Shown piece after piece: positions 1 to 12,000 of a stretch of DNA of 64,000 nt; within the stretch, counting starts at the first letter, position 1; every line of letters begins with the position of its first letter. The notes beneath the pieces were generated by a model. It saw only the letters and a list, made by a program, of their open reading frames with translations. It was not told the DNA's origin and made no database searches. The DNA comes from Eledone cirrhosa (lineage: Eukaryota): NCBI GenBank assembly GCA_964016885.1, contig OZ024741.1, positions 255,812,001-255,876,000 of the forward strand. Direction: 5' to 3'. The position numbers and the translations under genes were made by a program.

Positions 1-3000
1 CAGTGTTGTTGTAGTTGTTGCTGTTTTCTGTGTCAGTGCCAGTGTTGTTGCTGTTGTTGCTGTTTTCTGTGTCAGTGCCAGTGTTGTTGTTGTTGCTGTT
101 TTCTCTGTCAGTGCCAGTGTTTTTGTTGTTGCTGTTTTCTGTGTCAGTGCCAGTGTTGTTCTAGTTGTTGCTGTTTTCTGTGTCAGTGCCAATGTTGTTG
201 TAGTTGTTGCTGTTTTCTCTGTCAGTGCCAGTGTTGTTGTAGTTGTTGCTGTTTTCTCTGTCAGTGACAGTGTTGTTGAAGTTGTTGCTGTTTTCTGTGT
301 CAGTGCCAGTGTTGTTGTTGTTGCTGTTTTCTCTGTCAGTGCCAGTGTTGTTGTAGTTATTGCTGTTTTCTGTGTCAGTGCCACTGTTGTTGTTGCTGTT
401 TTCTGTGTCGGTGCCAGTGTTGTTGTTGTTGCTGTTTTCTCTGTCAGTGCCAGTGTTGTTGTAGTTGTTGCTGTTTTCTGTGTCAGTGCCAGTGTTGTTG
501 TTGTTGCTGTTTTCTCTGTCAGTGCCAGTGTTGTTGTAGTTGTTGCTGTTTTCTGTGTCAGTGCCAGTGTTGTTGCTGTTGCTGTTTTCTCTGTCAGTGC
601 CAGTGTTGTTGTAGTTGTTGCTGCTTTCTCTGTCAGTGCCAGTGTTGTTGTAGTTGTTGCTGTTTTCTGTGTCAGTGCCAGTGTTGTTGTTGCTGTTTTC
701 TCTGTCAGTGCCAGTGTTGTTGTAGTTGTTGCTGTTTTCTCTGTCAGTGCCAGTGTTGTTGAAGTTGTTGCTGTTTTCTGTGTCAGTGCCAGTGTTGTTG
801 TTGTTGCTGTTTTCTCTGTCAGTGCCAGTGTTGTTGTAGTTATTGCTGTTTTCTGTGTCAGTGTCACTGTTGTTGTTGCTGTTTTCTGTGTCGGTACCAG
901 TGTTGTTGTTGTTGCTGTTTTCTCTGTCAGTGCCAGTGTGTTGTTGCTGTTTTCTCTGTCAGTGCCAGTGTTGTTGTTGCTGTTGTTGCTGTTGCTGTTT
1001 TCTCTGTCAGTGCCAGTGTTGTTGTAGTTGTTGCTGTTTTCTGTGTCAGTGCCAATGTTGTTGTTGTTGCTGTTTTCTCTGTCAGTGCCAGTGTTGTTGT
1101 AGTTGTTGCTGTTTTCTCTGTCAGTGCCAGTGTTGTTGTAGTTGTTGCTGTTTTCTGTGTCAGTGCCAGTGTTGTTGTTGTTGCTGTTTTCTCTGTCAAT
1201 GCCAGTGTTGTTGTTGTTGCTGTTTTCTCTGTCAGTGCCAGTGTTGTTGTTGTTGCTGTTTTCTGTGTCAGTGCCAGTGTTGTTGTTGTTGCTGTTTTCT
1301 GTGTCAGTGCCAGTGTTGTTGTAGTTGTTGCTGTTTTCTGTGCCAGTGCCAGTGTTGTTGTAGTTGTTGCTGTTTTCTGTGTCAGTGCCAGTGTTGTTGT
1401 AGTTGTTGCTGTTTTCTCTGTGAGTGCCAGTTTTGTTGTAGTTGTTGCTGTTTTCTCTGTCAGTGCCAGTGTTGTTGTAGTTGTTGCTGTTTTCTGTGTC
1501 AGTGCCAGTGTTTTTGTTGTTGCTGTTTTCTCTGTCAGTGCCAGTGTTGTTGTAGTTGTTGCTGTTTTCTGTGTCAGTGCCAGTGTTGTTGTAGTTGTTG
1601 CTGTTTTCTGTGTCAGTGCCAGTGTTGTTGTTGCTGTTTTCTCTGTCAGTGCCAGTGTTGTTGTTGCTGTTGCTGTTTTCTGTGTCAGTGCCAGTGTTGT
1701 TGTAGTTGTTGCTGTTTTCTCTGTGAGTGCCAGTGTTGTTGTAGTTGTTGCTGTTTTCTCTGTCAGTGCCAGTGTTGTTGTAGTTGTTGCTGTTTTCTGT
1801 GTCAGTGCCAGTGTTTTTGTCGTTGCTGTTTTCTCTGTCAGTGCCAGTGTTGTTGTAGTTGTTGCTGTTTTCTGTGTCAGTGCCAGTGTTGTAGTTGTTG
1901 CTGTTTTCTCTGTCAGTGCCAGTGTTGTTGTTGCTGTTTTCTCTGTCAGTGCCAGTGTTGTTGTTGCTGTTGCTGTTTTCTGTGTCAGTGCCAGTGTTGT
2001 TGTAGTTGTTGCTGTTTTCTGTGTCAGTGCCGGTGTTGTTGTTGTTGCTGTTTTCTCTGTCAATGCCAGTGTTGTTGTTGTTGCTGTTTTCTCTGTCAGT
2101 GCCAGTGTTGTTGTTGTTGCTGTTTTCTGTGTCAGTGCCAGTGTTGTTGTTGTTGCTGTTTTCTGTGTCAGTGCCAGTGTTGTTGTAGTTGTTGCTGTTT
2201 TCTGTGCCAGTGCCAGTGTTGTTGTAGTTGTTGCTGTTTTCTGTGTCAGTGCCAGTGTTGTTGTAGTTGTTGCTGTTTTCTCTGTGAGTGCCAGTGTTGT
2301 TGTAGTTGTTGCTGTTTTCTCTGTCAGTGCCAGTGTTGTTGTAGTTGTTGCTGTTTTCTGTGTCAGTGCCAGTGTTTTTGTTGTTGCTGTTTTCTCTGTC
2401 AGTGCCAGTGTTGTTGTAGTTGTTGCTGTTTTCTGTGTCAGTGCCAGTGTTGTTGTAGTTGTTGCTGTTTTCTGTGTCAGTGCCAGTGTTGTTGTTGCTG
2501 TTTTCTCTGTCAGTGCCAGTGTTGTTGTAGTTGTTGCTGTTTACTCTGTCAGTGCCAGTTTTGTTGTAGTTGTTGCTGTTTTCTGTGTCAGTGCCAGTGT
2601 TGTTGTAGTTGTTGTTGTTTTCTTTGTCAGTGCCAGTGTTGTTGTTGTTGCTGTTTTCTCTGTCAGTGCCAGTGTTGTAGTTGTTGCTGTTTTCTCTGTC
2701 AGTGCCAGTGTTGTTGTTGTTGTTGCTGTTTTCTCTGTCAGTGCCAGTGTTGTTGTTGTTGCTGTTTTCTGTGTCAGTGCCAGTGTTGTTGTTGTTGCTG
2801 TTTTCTGTGTCAGTGCCAGTGTTGTTGTAGTTGTTGCTGTTTTCTGTGCCAGTGCCAGTGTTGTTGTAGTTGTTGCTGTTTTCTGTGTCAGTGCCAGTGT
2901 TGTTGTAGTTGTTGCTGTTTTCTCTGTGAGTGCCAGTGTTGTTGTAGTTGTTGCTGTTTTCTGTGTCAGTGCCAGTGTTGTTGTAGTTGTTGCTGTTTTC

Positions 3001-6000
3001 TCTGTCAGTGCCAGTGTTGTTGTAGTTGTTGCTGTTTTCTGTGTCAGTGCCAGTGTTGTTGTTGCTGTTTTCTCTGTCAGTGCCAGTGTTGTTGTAGTTG
3101 TTGCTGTTTTCTGTGTCAGTGCCAGTGTTGTTGTTGCTGTTTTCTCTGTCAGTGCCAGTGTTGTTGTTGCTGTTGCTGTTTTCTGTGTCAGTGCCAGTGT
3201 TGTTGTAGTTGTTGCTGTTTTCTCTGTGAGTGACAGTGTTGTTGTAGTTGTTGCTGTTTTCTCTGTCAGTGCCAGTGTTGTTGTAGTTGTTGCTGTTTTC
3301 TGTGTCAGTGCCAGTGTTTTTGTTGTTGCTGTTTTCTCTGTCAGTGCCAGTGTTGTTGTTGTTGCTGTTTTCTGTGTCAGTGCCAGTGTTGTTGTTGTTG
3401 TTGCTGTTTTCTGTGCCAGTGCCAGTGTTGTTGTAGTTGTTGCTGTTTTCTGTGTCAGTGCCAGTGTTGTTGTAGTTGTTGCTGTTTTCTCTGTGAGTGC
3501 CAGTGTTGTTGTAGTTGTTGCTGTTTTCTCTGTCAGTGCCAGTGTTGTTGTAGTTGTTGCTGTTTTCTGTGTCAGTGCCAGTGTTTTTGTTGTTGCTGTT
3601 TTCTCTGTCAGTGCCAGTGTTGTTGTAGTTGTTGCTGTTTTCTGTGTCAGTGCCAGTGTTGTTGTAGTTGTTGCTGTTTTCTGTGTCAGTGCCAGTGTTG
3701 TTGTTGCTGTTTTCTCTGTCAGTGCCAGTGTTGTTGTAGTTGTTGCTGTTTACTCTGTCAGTGCCAGTTTTGTTGTAGTTGTTGCTGTTTTCTGTGTCAG
3801 TGCCAGTGTTGTTGTAGTTGTTGTTGTTTTCTTTGTCAGTGCCAGTGTTGTTGTTGTTGCTGTTTTCTCTGTCAGTGCCAGTGTTGTAGTTGTTGCTGTT
3901 TTCTCTGTCAGTGCCAGTGTTGTTGTTGTTGTTGCTGTTTTCTCTGTCAGTGCCAGTGTTGTTGTTGTTGCTGTTTTCTGTGTCAGTGCCAGTGTTGTTG
4001 TTGTTGCTGTTTTCTGTGTCAGTGCCAGTGTTGTTGTAGTTGTTGCTGTTTTCTGTGCCAGTGCCAGTGTTGTTGTAGTTGTTGCTGTTTTCTGTGTCAG
4101 TGCCAGTGTTGTTGTAGTTGTTGCTGTTTTCTCTGTGAGTGCCAGTGTTGTTGTAGTTGTTGCTGTTTTCTGTGTCAGTGCCAGTGTTGTTGTAGTTGTT
4201 GCTGTTTTCTCTGTCAGTGCCAGTGTTGTTGTAGTTGTTGCTGTTTTCTGTGTCAGTGCCAGTGTTGTTGTTGCTGTTTTCTCTGTCAGTGCCAGTGTTG
4301 TTGTAGTCGTTGCTGTTTTCTCTGTCAGTGCCAGTGATGTTGTAGTTGTTGCTGTTTTCTGTGTTAGTGCCAGTGTTGTTGTAGTTGTTGCTGTTTTCTG
4401 TGTCAGTGCCAGTGTTGTTGCTGTTGCTGTTTTCTCTGTCAGTGCCAGTGTTGTTGTAGTTGTTGCTGCTTTCTCTGTCAGTGCCAGTGTTGTTGTAGTT
4501 GTTGCTGTTTTCTGTGTCAGTGCCAGTGTTGTTGTTGTTGCTGTTTTCTCTGTCAGTGCCAGTGTTGTTGTAGTTGTTGCTGTTTTCTGTGTCAGTGCCA
4601 ATGTTGTTGTTGCTGTTTTCTCTGTCAGTGCCAGAGTTGTTGTAGTTTTTGCTGTTTTCTGTGTCAGTGCCAGTGTTGTTGTTGCTGTTTTCTGTGTCAG
4701 TGCCAGTGTTGTTGTTGTTGCTGTTTTCTCTGTCAGTGCCAGTGTTGTTGCTGTTGTTATTTTCACTGTCAGTGCCAGTGTTGTTGTTGTTGCTGTTTTC
4801 TGTGTCAGTGCCAGTGTTGTTGTTGTTGCTGTTTTCTTTGTCAGTGCCAGTGTTGTTGTTGTTACTGTTGCTGTTTTCTGTGTCAGTTCCAGTGTTGCTG
4901 TTGCTGTTTTCTGTGCCAGTGCCAGTGTTATTGTTGCTGTTGTTGCTGTTTTCTGTGTCAGTGCCACGGTTGTTGTTGCTGTTGTTGCTGTTTTCTGTGT
5001 CAGTGCCAGTGTTGTTGTTGCTGTTTTCTGTGTCAGTGCCAGTGTTGTTGTTGCTGTTGTTGCTGTTTTCTATGCCAGTGTTGTTGTAGTTGTTGCTGTT
5101 TTCTGTGTCAGTGCCGGTGTTGTTGTTGTTGCTGTTTTCTCTGTCAGTGCCAGTGTTGTTGTTGTTGCTGTTTTCTCTGTCAGTGCCAGTGTTGTTGTTG
5201 TTGCTGTTTTCTGTGTCAGTGCCAGTGTTGTTGTAGTTGTTGCTGTTTTCTGTGTCAGTGTCAGTGTTGTTGTAGTTGTTGCTGTTTTCTGTGTCAGTGC
5301 CAGTGTTGTTGTAGTTGTTGCTGTTTTCTCTGTCAGTGCCAGTGTTGTTGTAGTTGTTGCTGTTTTCTCTGTCAGTGCCAGTGTTGTTGTAGTTGTTGAT
5401 GTTTTCTGTGTCAATGCCAGTGTTGTTGTTGTTGCTGTTTTCTCTGTCAGTGCCAGTGTTGTAGTTGTTGCTGTTTTCTCTGTCAGTGCCAGTGTTGTTG
5501 TAGTTGTTGCTGTTTTCTGTGTCAGTGCCAGTGTTGTTGCTGTTGTTGCTGTTTTCTGTGTCAGTGCCAGTGTTGTTGTTGTTGCTGTTTTCTCTGTCAG
5601 TGCCAGTGTTTTTGTTGTTGCTGTTTTCTGTGTCAGTGCCAGTGTTGTTCTAGTTGTTGCTGTTTTCTGTGTCAGTGCCAATGTTGTTGTAGTTGTTGCT
5701 GTTTTCTCTGTCAGTGCCAGTGTTGTTGTAGTTGTTGCTGTTTTCTCTGTCAGTGCCAGTGTTGTTGAAGTTGTTGCTGTTTTGTGTGTCAGTGCCAGTG
5801 TTGTTGTTGTTGCTGTTTTCTCTGTCAGTGCCAGTGTTGTTGTAGTTATTGCTGTTTTCTGTGTCAGTGCCACTGTTGTTGTTGCTGTTTTCTGTGTCGG
5901 TGCCAGTGTTGTTGTTGTTGCTGTTTTCTCTGTCAGTGCCAGTGTTGTTGTAGTTGTTGCTGTTTTCTGTGTCAGTGCCAGTGTTGTTGTTGTTGCTGTT

Positions 6001-9000
6001 TTCTCTGTCAGTTCCAGTGTTGTTGTAGTTGTTGCTGTTTTCTGTGTCAGTGCCAGTGTTGTTGCTGTTGCTGTTTTCTCTGTCAGTGCCAGTGTTGTTG
6101 TAGTTGTTGCTGCTTTCTCTGTCAGTGCCAGTGTTGTTGTAGTTGTTGCTGTTTTCTGTGTCAGTGCCAGTGTTGTTGTTGTTGCTGTTTTCTCTGTCAG
6201 TGCCAGTGTTGTTGTAGTTGTTGCTGTTTTCTCTGTCAGTGCCAGTGTTGTTGAAGTTGTTGCTGTTTTCTGTGTCAGTGCCAGTGTTGTTGTTGTTGCT
6301 GTTTTCTCTGTCAGTACCAGTGTTGTTGTAGTTATTGCTGTTTTCTGTGTCAGTGCCACTGTTGTTGTTGCTGTTTTCTGTGTCGGTACCAGTGTTGTTG
6401 TTGTTGCTGTTTTCTCTGTCAGTGCCAGTGTGTTGTTGCTGTTTTCTCTGTCAGTGCCAGTGTTGTTGTTGCTGTTGTTGCTGTTGCTGTTTTCTCTGTC
6501 AGTGCCAGTGTTGTTGTAGTTGTTGCTGTTTTCTGTGTCAGTGCCAATGTTGTTGTTGTTGCTGTTTTCTCTGTCAGTGCCAGTGTTGTTGTAGTTGTTG
6601 CTGTTTTCTCTGTCAGTGCCAGTGTTGTTGTAGTTGTTGCTGTTTTCTGTGTCAGTGCCAGTGTTGTTGTTGTTGCTGTTTTCTCTGTCAATGCCAGTGT
6701 TGTTGTTGTTGCTGTTTTCTCTGTCAGTGCCAGTGTTGTTGTTGTTGCTGTTTTCTGTGTCAGTGCCAGTGTTGTTGTTGTTGCTGTTTTCTGTGTCAGT
6801 GCCAGTGTTGTTGTAGTTGTTGCTGTTTTCTGTGCCAGTGCCAGTGTTGTTGTAGTTGTTGCTGTTTTCTGTGTCAGTGCCAGTGTTGTTGTAGTTGTTG
6901 CTGTTTTCTCTGTGAGTGCCAGTTTTGTTGTAGTTGTTGCTGTTTTCTCTGTCAGTGCCAGTGTTGTTGTAGTTGTTGCTGTTTTCTGTGTCAGTGCCAG
7001 TGTTTTTGTTGTTGCTGTTTTCTCTGTCAGTGCCAGTGTTGTTGTAGTTGTTGCTGTTTTCTGTGTCAGTGCCAGTGTTGTTGTAGTTGTTGCTGTTTTC
7101 TGTGTCAGTGCCAGTGTTGTTGTTGCTGTTTTCTCTGTCAGTGCCAGTGTTGTTGTTGCTGTTGCTGTTTTCTGTGTCAGTGCCAGTGTTGTTGTAGTTG
7201 TTGCTGTTTTCTCTGTGAGTGCCAGTGTTGTTGTAGTTGTTGCTGTTTTCTCTGTCAGTGCCAGTGTTGTTGTAGTTGTTGCTGTTTTCTGTGTCAGTGC
7301 CAGTGTTTTTGTTGTTGCTGTTTTCTCTGTCAGTGCCAGTGTTGTTGTAGTTGTTGCTGTTTTCTGTGTCAGTGCCAGTGTTGTAGTTGTTGCTGTTTTC
7401 TCTGTCAGTGCCAGTGTTGTTGTTGCTGTTTTCTCTGTCAGTGCCAGTGTTGTTGTTGCTGTTGCTGTTTTCTGTGTCAGTGCCAGTGTTGTTGTAGTTG
7501 TTGCTGTTTTCTGTGTCAGTGCCGGTGTTGTTGTTGTTGCTGTTTTCTCTGTCAATGCCAGTGTTGTTGTTGTTGCTGTTTTCTCTGTCAGTGCCAGTGT
7601 TGTTGTTGTTGCTGTTTTCTGTGTCAGTGCCAGTGTTGTTGTTGTTGCTGTTTTCTGTGTCAGTGCCAGTGTTGTTGTAGTTGTTGCTGTTTTCTGTGCC
7701 AGTGCCAGTGTTGTTGTAGTTGTTGCTGTTTTCTGTGTCAGTGCCAGTGTTGTTGTAGTTGTTGCTGTTTTCTCTGTGAGTGCCAGTGTTGTTGTAGTTG
7801 TTGCTGTTTTCTCTGTCAGTGCCAGTGTTGTTGTAGTTGTTGCTGTTTTCTGTGTCAGTGCCAGTGTTTTTGTTGTTGCTGTTTTCTCTGTCAGTGCCAG
7901 TGTTGTTGTAGTTGTTGCTGTTTTCTGTGTCAGTGCCAGTGTTGTTGTAGTTGTTGCTGTTTTCTGTGTCAGTGCCAGTGTTGTTGTTGCTGTTTTCTCT
8001 GTCAGTGCCAGTGTTGTTGTAGTTGTTGCTGTTTTCTCTGTCAGTGCCAGTGTTGTTGTAGTTGTTGCTGTTTTCTCTGTCAGTGCCAGTGTTGTTGTAG
8101 TTGTTGATGTTTTCTGTGTCAATGCCAGTGTTGTTGTTGTTGCTGTTTTCTCTGTCAGTGCCAGTGTTGTAGTTGTTGCTGTTTTCTCTGTCAGTGCCAG
8201 TGTTGTTGTAGTTGTTGCTGTTTTCTGTGTCAGTGCCAGTGTTGTTGCTGTTGTTGCTGTTTTCTGTGTCAGTGCCAGTGTTGTTGTTGTTGCTGTTTTC
8301 TCTGTCAGTGCCAGTGTTTTTGTTGTTGCTGTTTTCTGTGTCAGTGCCAGTGTTGTTCTAGTTGTTGCTGTTTTCTGTGTCAGTGCCAATGTTGTTGTAG
8401 TTGTTGCTGTTTTCTCTGTCAGTGCCAGTGTTGTTGTAGTTGTTGCTGTTTTCTCTGTCAGTGCCAGTGTTGTTGAAGTTGTTGCTGTTTTCTGTGTCAG
8501 TGCCAGTGTTGTTGTTGTTGCTGTTTTCTCTGTCAGTGCCAGTGTTGTTGTAGTTATTGCTGTTTTCTGTGTCAGTGCCACTGTTGTTGTTGCTGTTTTC
8601 TGTGTCGGTGCCAGTGTTGTTGTTGTTGCTGTTTTCTCTGTCAGTGCCAGTGTTGTTGTAGTTGTTGCTGTTTTCTGTGTCAGTGCCAGTGTTGTTGTTG
8701 TTGCTGTTTTCTCTGTCAGTGCCAGTGTTGTTGTAGTTGTTGCTGTTTTCTGTGTCAGTGCCAGTGTTGTTGCTGTTGCTGTTTTCTCTGTCAGTGCCAG
8801 TGTTGTTGTAGTTGTTGCTGCTTTCTCTGTCAGTGCCAGTGTTGTTGTAGTTGTTGCTGTTTTCTGTGTCAGTGCCAGTGTTGTTGTTGTTGCTGTTTTC
8901 TCTGTCAGTGCCAGTGTTGTTGTAGTTGTTGCTGTTTTCTCTGTCAGTGCCAGTGTTGTTGAAGTTGTTGCTGTTTTCTGTGTCAGTGCCAGTGTTGTTG

Positions 9001-12000
9001 TTGTTGCTGTTTTCTCTGTCAGTGCCAGTGTTGTTGTAGTTATTGCTGTTTTCTGTGTCAGTGCCACTGTTGTTGTTGCTGTTTTCTGTGTCGGTACCAG
9101 TGTTGTTGTTGTTGCTGTTTTCTCTGTCAGTGCCAGTGTGTTGTTGCTGTTTTCTCTGTCAGTGCCAGTGTTGTTGTTGCTGTTGTTGCTGTTGCTGTTT
9201 TCTCTGTCAGTGCCAGTGTTGTTGTAGTTGTTGCTGTTTTCTGTGTCAGTGCCAATGTTGTTGTTGTTGCTGTTTTCTCTGTCAGTGCCAGTGTTGTTGT
9301 AGTTGTTGCTGTTTTCTCTGTCAGTGCCAGTGTTGTTGTAGTTGTTGCTGTTTTCTGTGTCAGTGCCAGTGTTGTTGTTGTTGCTGTTTTCTCTGTCAAT
9401 GCCAGTGTTGTTGTTGTTGCTGTTTTCTCTGTCAGTGCCAGTGTTGTTGTTGTTGCTGTTTTCTGTGTCAGTGCCAGTGTTGTTGTTGTTGCTGTTTTCT
9501 GTGTCAGTGCCAGTGTTGTTGTAGTTGTTGCTGTTTTCTGTGCCAGTGCCAGTGTTGTTGTAGTTGTTGCTGTTTTCTGTGTCAGTGCCAGTGTTGTTGT
9601 AGTTGTTGCTGTTTTCTCTGTGAGTGCCAGTTTTGTTGTAGTTGTTGCTGTTTTCTCTGTCAGTGCCAGTGTTGTTGTAGTTGTTGCTGTTTTCTGTGTC
9701 AGTGCCAGTGTTTTTGTTGTTGCTGTTTTCTCTGTCAGTGCCAGTGTTGTTGTAGTTGTTGCTGTTTTCTGTGTCAGTGCCAGTGTTGTTGTAGTTGTTG
9801 CTGTTTTCTGTGTCAGTGCCAGTGTTGTTGTTGCTGTTTTCTCTGTCAGTGCCAGTGTTGTTGTTGCTGTTGCTGTTTTCTGTGTCAGTGCCAGTGTTGT
9901 TGTAGTTGTTGCTGTTTTCTCTGTGAGTGCCAGTGTTGTTGTAGTTGTTGCTGTTTTCTCTGTCAGTGCCAGTGTTGTTGTAGTTGTTGCTGTTTTCTGT
10001 GTCAGTGCCAGTGTTTTTGTTGTTGCTGTTTTCTCTGTCAGTGCCAGTGTTGTTGTAGTTGTTGCTGTTTTCTGTGTCAGTGCCAGTGTTGTAGTTGTTG
10101 CTGTTTTCTCTGTCAGTGCCAGTGTTGTTGTTGCTGTTTTCTCTGTCAGTGCCAGTGTTGTTGTTGCTGTTGCTGTTTTCTGTGTCAGTGCCAGTGTTGT
10201 TGTAGTTGTTGCTGTTTTCTGTGTCAGTGCCGGTGTTGTTGTTGTTGCTGTTTTCTCTGTCAATGCCAGTGTTGTTGTTGTTGCTGTTTTCTCTGTCAGT
10301 GCCAGTGTTGTTGTTGTTGCTGTTTTCTGTGTCAGTGCCAGTGTTGTTGTTGTTGCTGTTTTCTGTGTCAGTGCCAGTGTTGTTGTAGTTGTTGCTGTTT
10401 TCTGTGCCAGTGCCAGTGTTGTTGTAGTTGTTGCTGTTTTCTGTGTCAGTGCCAGTGTTGTTGTAGTTGTTGCTGTTTTCTCTGTGAGTGCCAGTGTTGT
10501 TGTAGTTGTTGCTGTTTTCTCTGTCAGTGCCAGTGTTGTTGTAGTTGTTGCTGTTTTCTGTGTCAGTGCCAGTGTTTTTGTTGTTGCTGTTTTCTCTGTC
10601 AGTGCCAGTGTTGTTGTAGTTGTTGCTGTTTTCTGTGTCAGTGCCAGTGTTGTTGTAGTTGTTGCTGTTTTCTGTGTCAGTGCCAGTGTTGTTGTTGCTG
10701 TTTTCTCTGTCAGTGCCAGTGTTGTTGTAGTTGTTGCTGTTTTCTCTGTCAGTGCCAGTTTTGTTGTAGTTGTTGCTGTTTTCTGTGTCAGTGCCAGTGT
10801 TGTTGTAGTTGTTGTTGTTTTCTTTGTCAGTGCCAGTGTTGTTGTTGTTGCTGTTTTCTCTGTCAGTGCCAGTGTTGTAGTTGTTGCTGTTTTCTCTGTC
10901 AGTGCCAGTGTTGTTGTTGTTGTTGCTGTTTTCTCTGTCAGTGCCAGTGTTGTTGTTGTTGCTATTTTCACTGTCAGTGCCAGTGTTGTTGTTGTTACTG
11001 TTGCTGTTTTCTGTGTCAGTGCCAGTGTTGTTATTGTTACTGTTGCTGTTTTCTGTGCCAGTGCCAGTGTTATTGTTGCTGTTGTTGCTGTTTTGTCTGT
11101 CAGTGCCAGTGTTGTAGTTGTTGCTGTTTTCTCTGTCAGTGCCAGTGTTGTTGTAGTTGTTGCTGTTTTCTGTGTCAGTGCCAGTGTTGTTGTTGTTGCT
11201 GTTTTCTCTGTCAGTGCCAGTGTTGTTGTAGTTGTTGCTGTTTTCTCTGTCAGTGCCAGTGTTGTTGTAGTTGTTGCTGTTTTCTGTGTCAGTGCCAGTG
11301 TTGTTGTAGTTGTTGCTGTTTTCTCTGTCAGTGCCAGTGTTGTTGTTGTTGTTGCTGTTTTCTCTGTCAGTGCCAGTGTTGTAGTTGTTGCTGTTTTCTC
11401 TGTCAGTGCCAGTGTTGTTGTAGTTGTTGCTGTTTTCTGTGTCAGTGCCAGTGTTGTTGCTGTTGCTGTTTTCTCTGTCAGTGCCAGTGTTGTTGTAGTT
11501 GTTGCTGCTTTCTCTGTCAGTGCCAGTGTTGTTGTAGTTGCTGTTTTCTCTGTCAGTGCCAGTGTTGTTGTAGTTGTTGCTGCTTTCTCTGTCAGTGCCA
11601 GTGTTGTTGTTGTTGCTGTTTTCTCTGTCAGTGCCAGTGTTGTTGTAGTTATTGCTGTTTTCTGTGTCAGTGCCACTGTTGTTGTTGCTGTTTTCTGTGT
11701 CGGTACCAGTGTTGTTGTTGTTGCTGTTTTCTCTGTCAGTGCCAGTGTGTTGTTGCTGTTTTCTCTGTCAGTGCCAGTGTTGTTGTTGCTGTTGTTGCTG
11801 TTGCTGTTTTCTCTGTCAGTGCCAGTGTTGTTGTAGTTGTTGCTGTTTTCTGTGTCAGTGCCAATGTTGTTGTTGTTGCTGTTTTCTCTGTCAGTGCCAG
11901 TGTTGTTGTAGTTGTTGCTGTTTTCTCTGTCAGTGCCAGTGTTGTTGTAGTTGTTGCTGTTTTCTGTGTCAGTGCCAGTGTTGTTGTTGTTGCTGTTTTC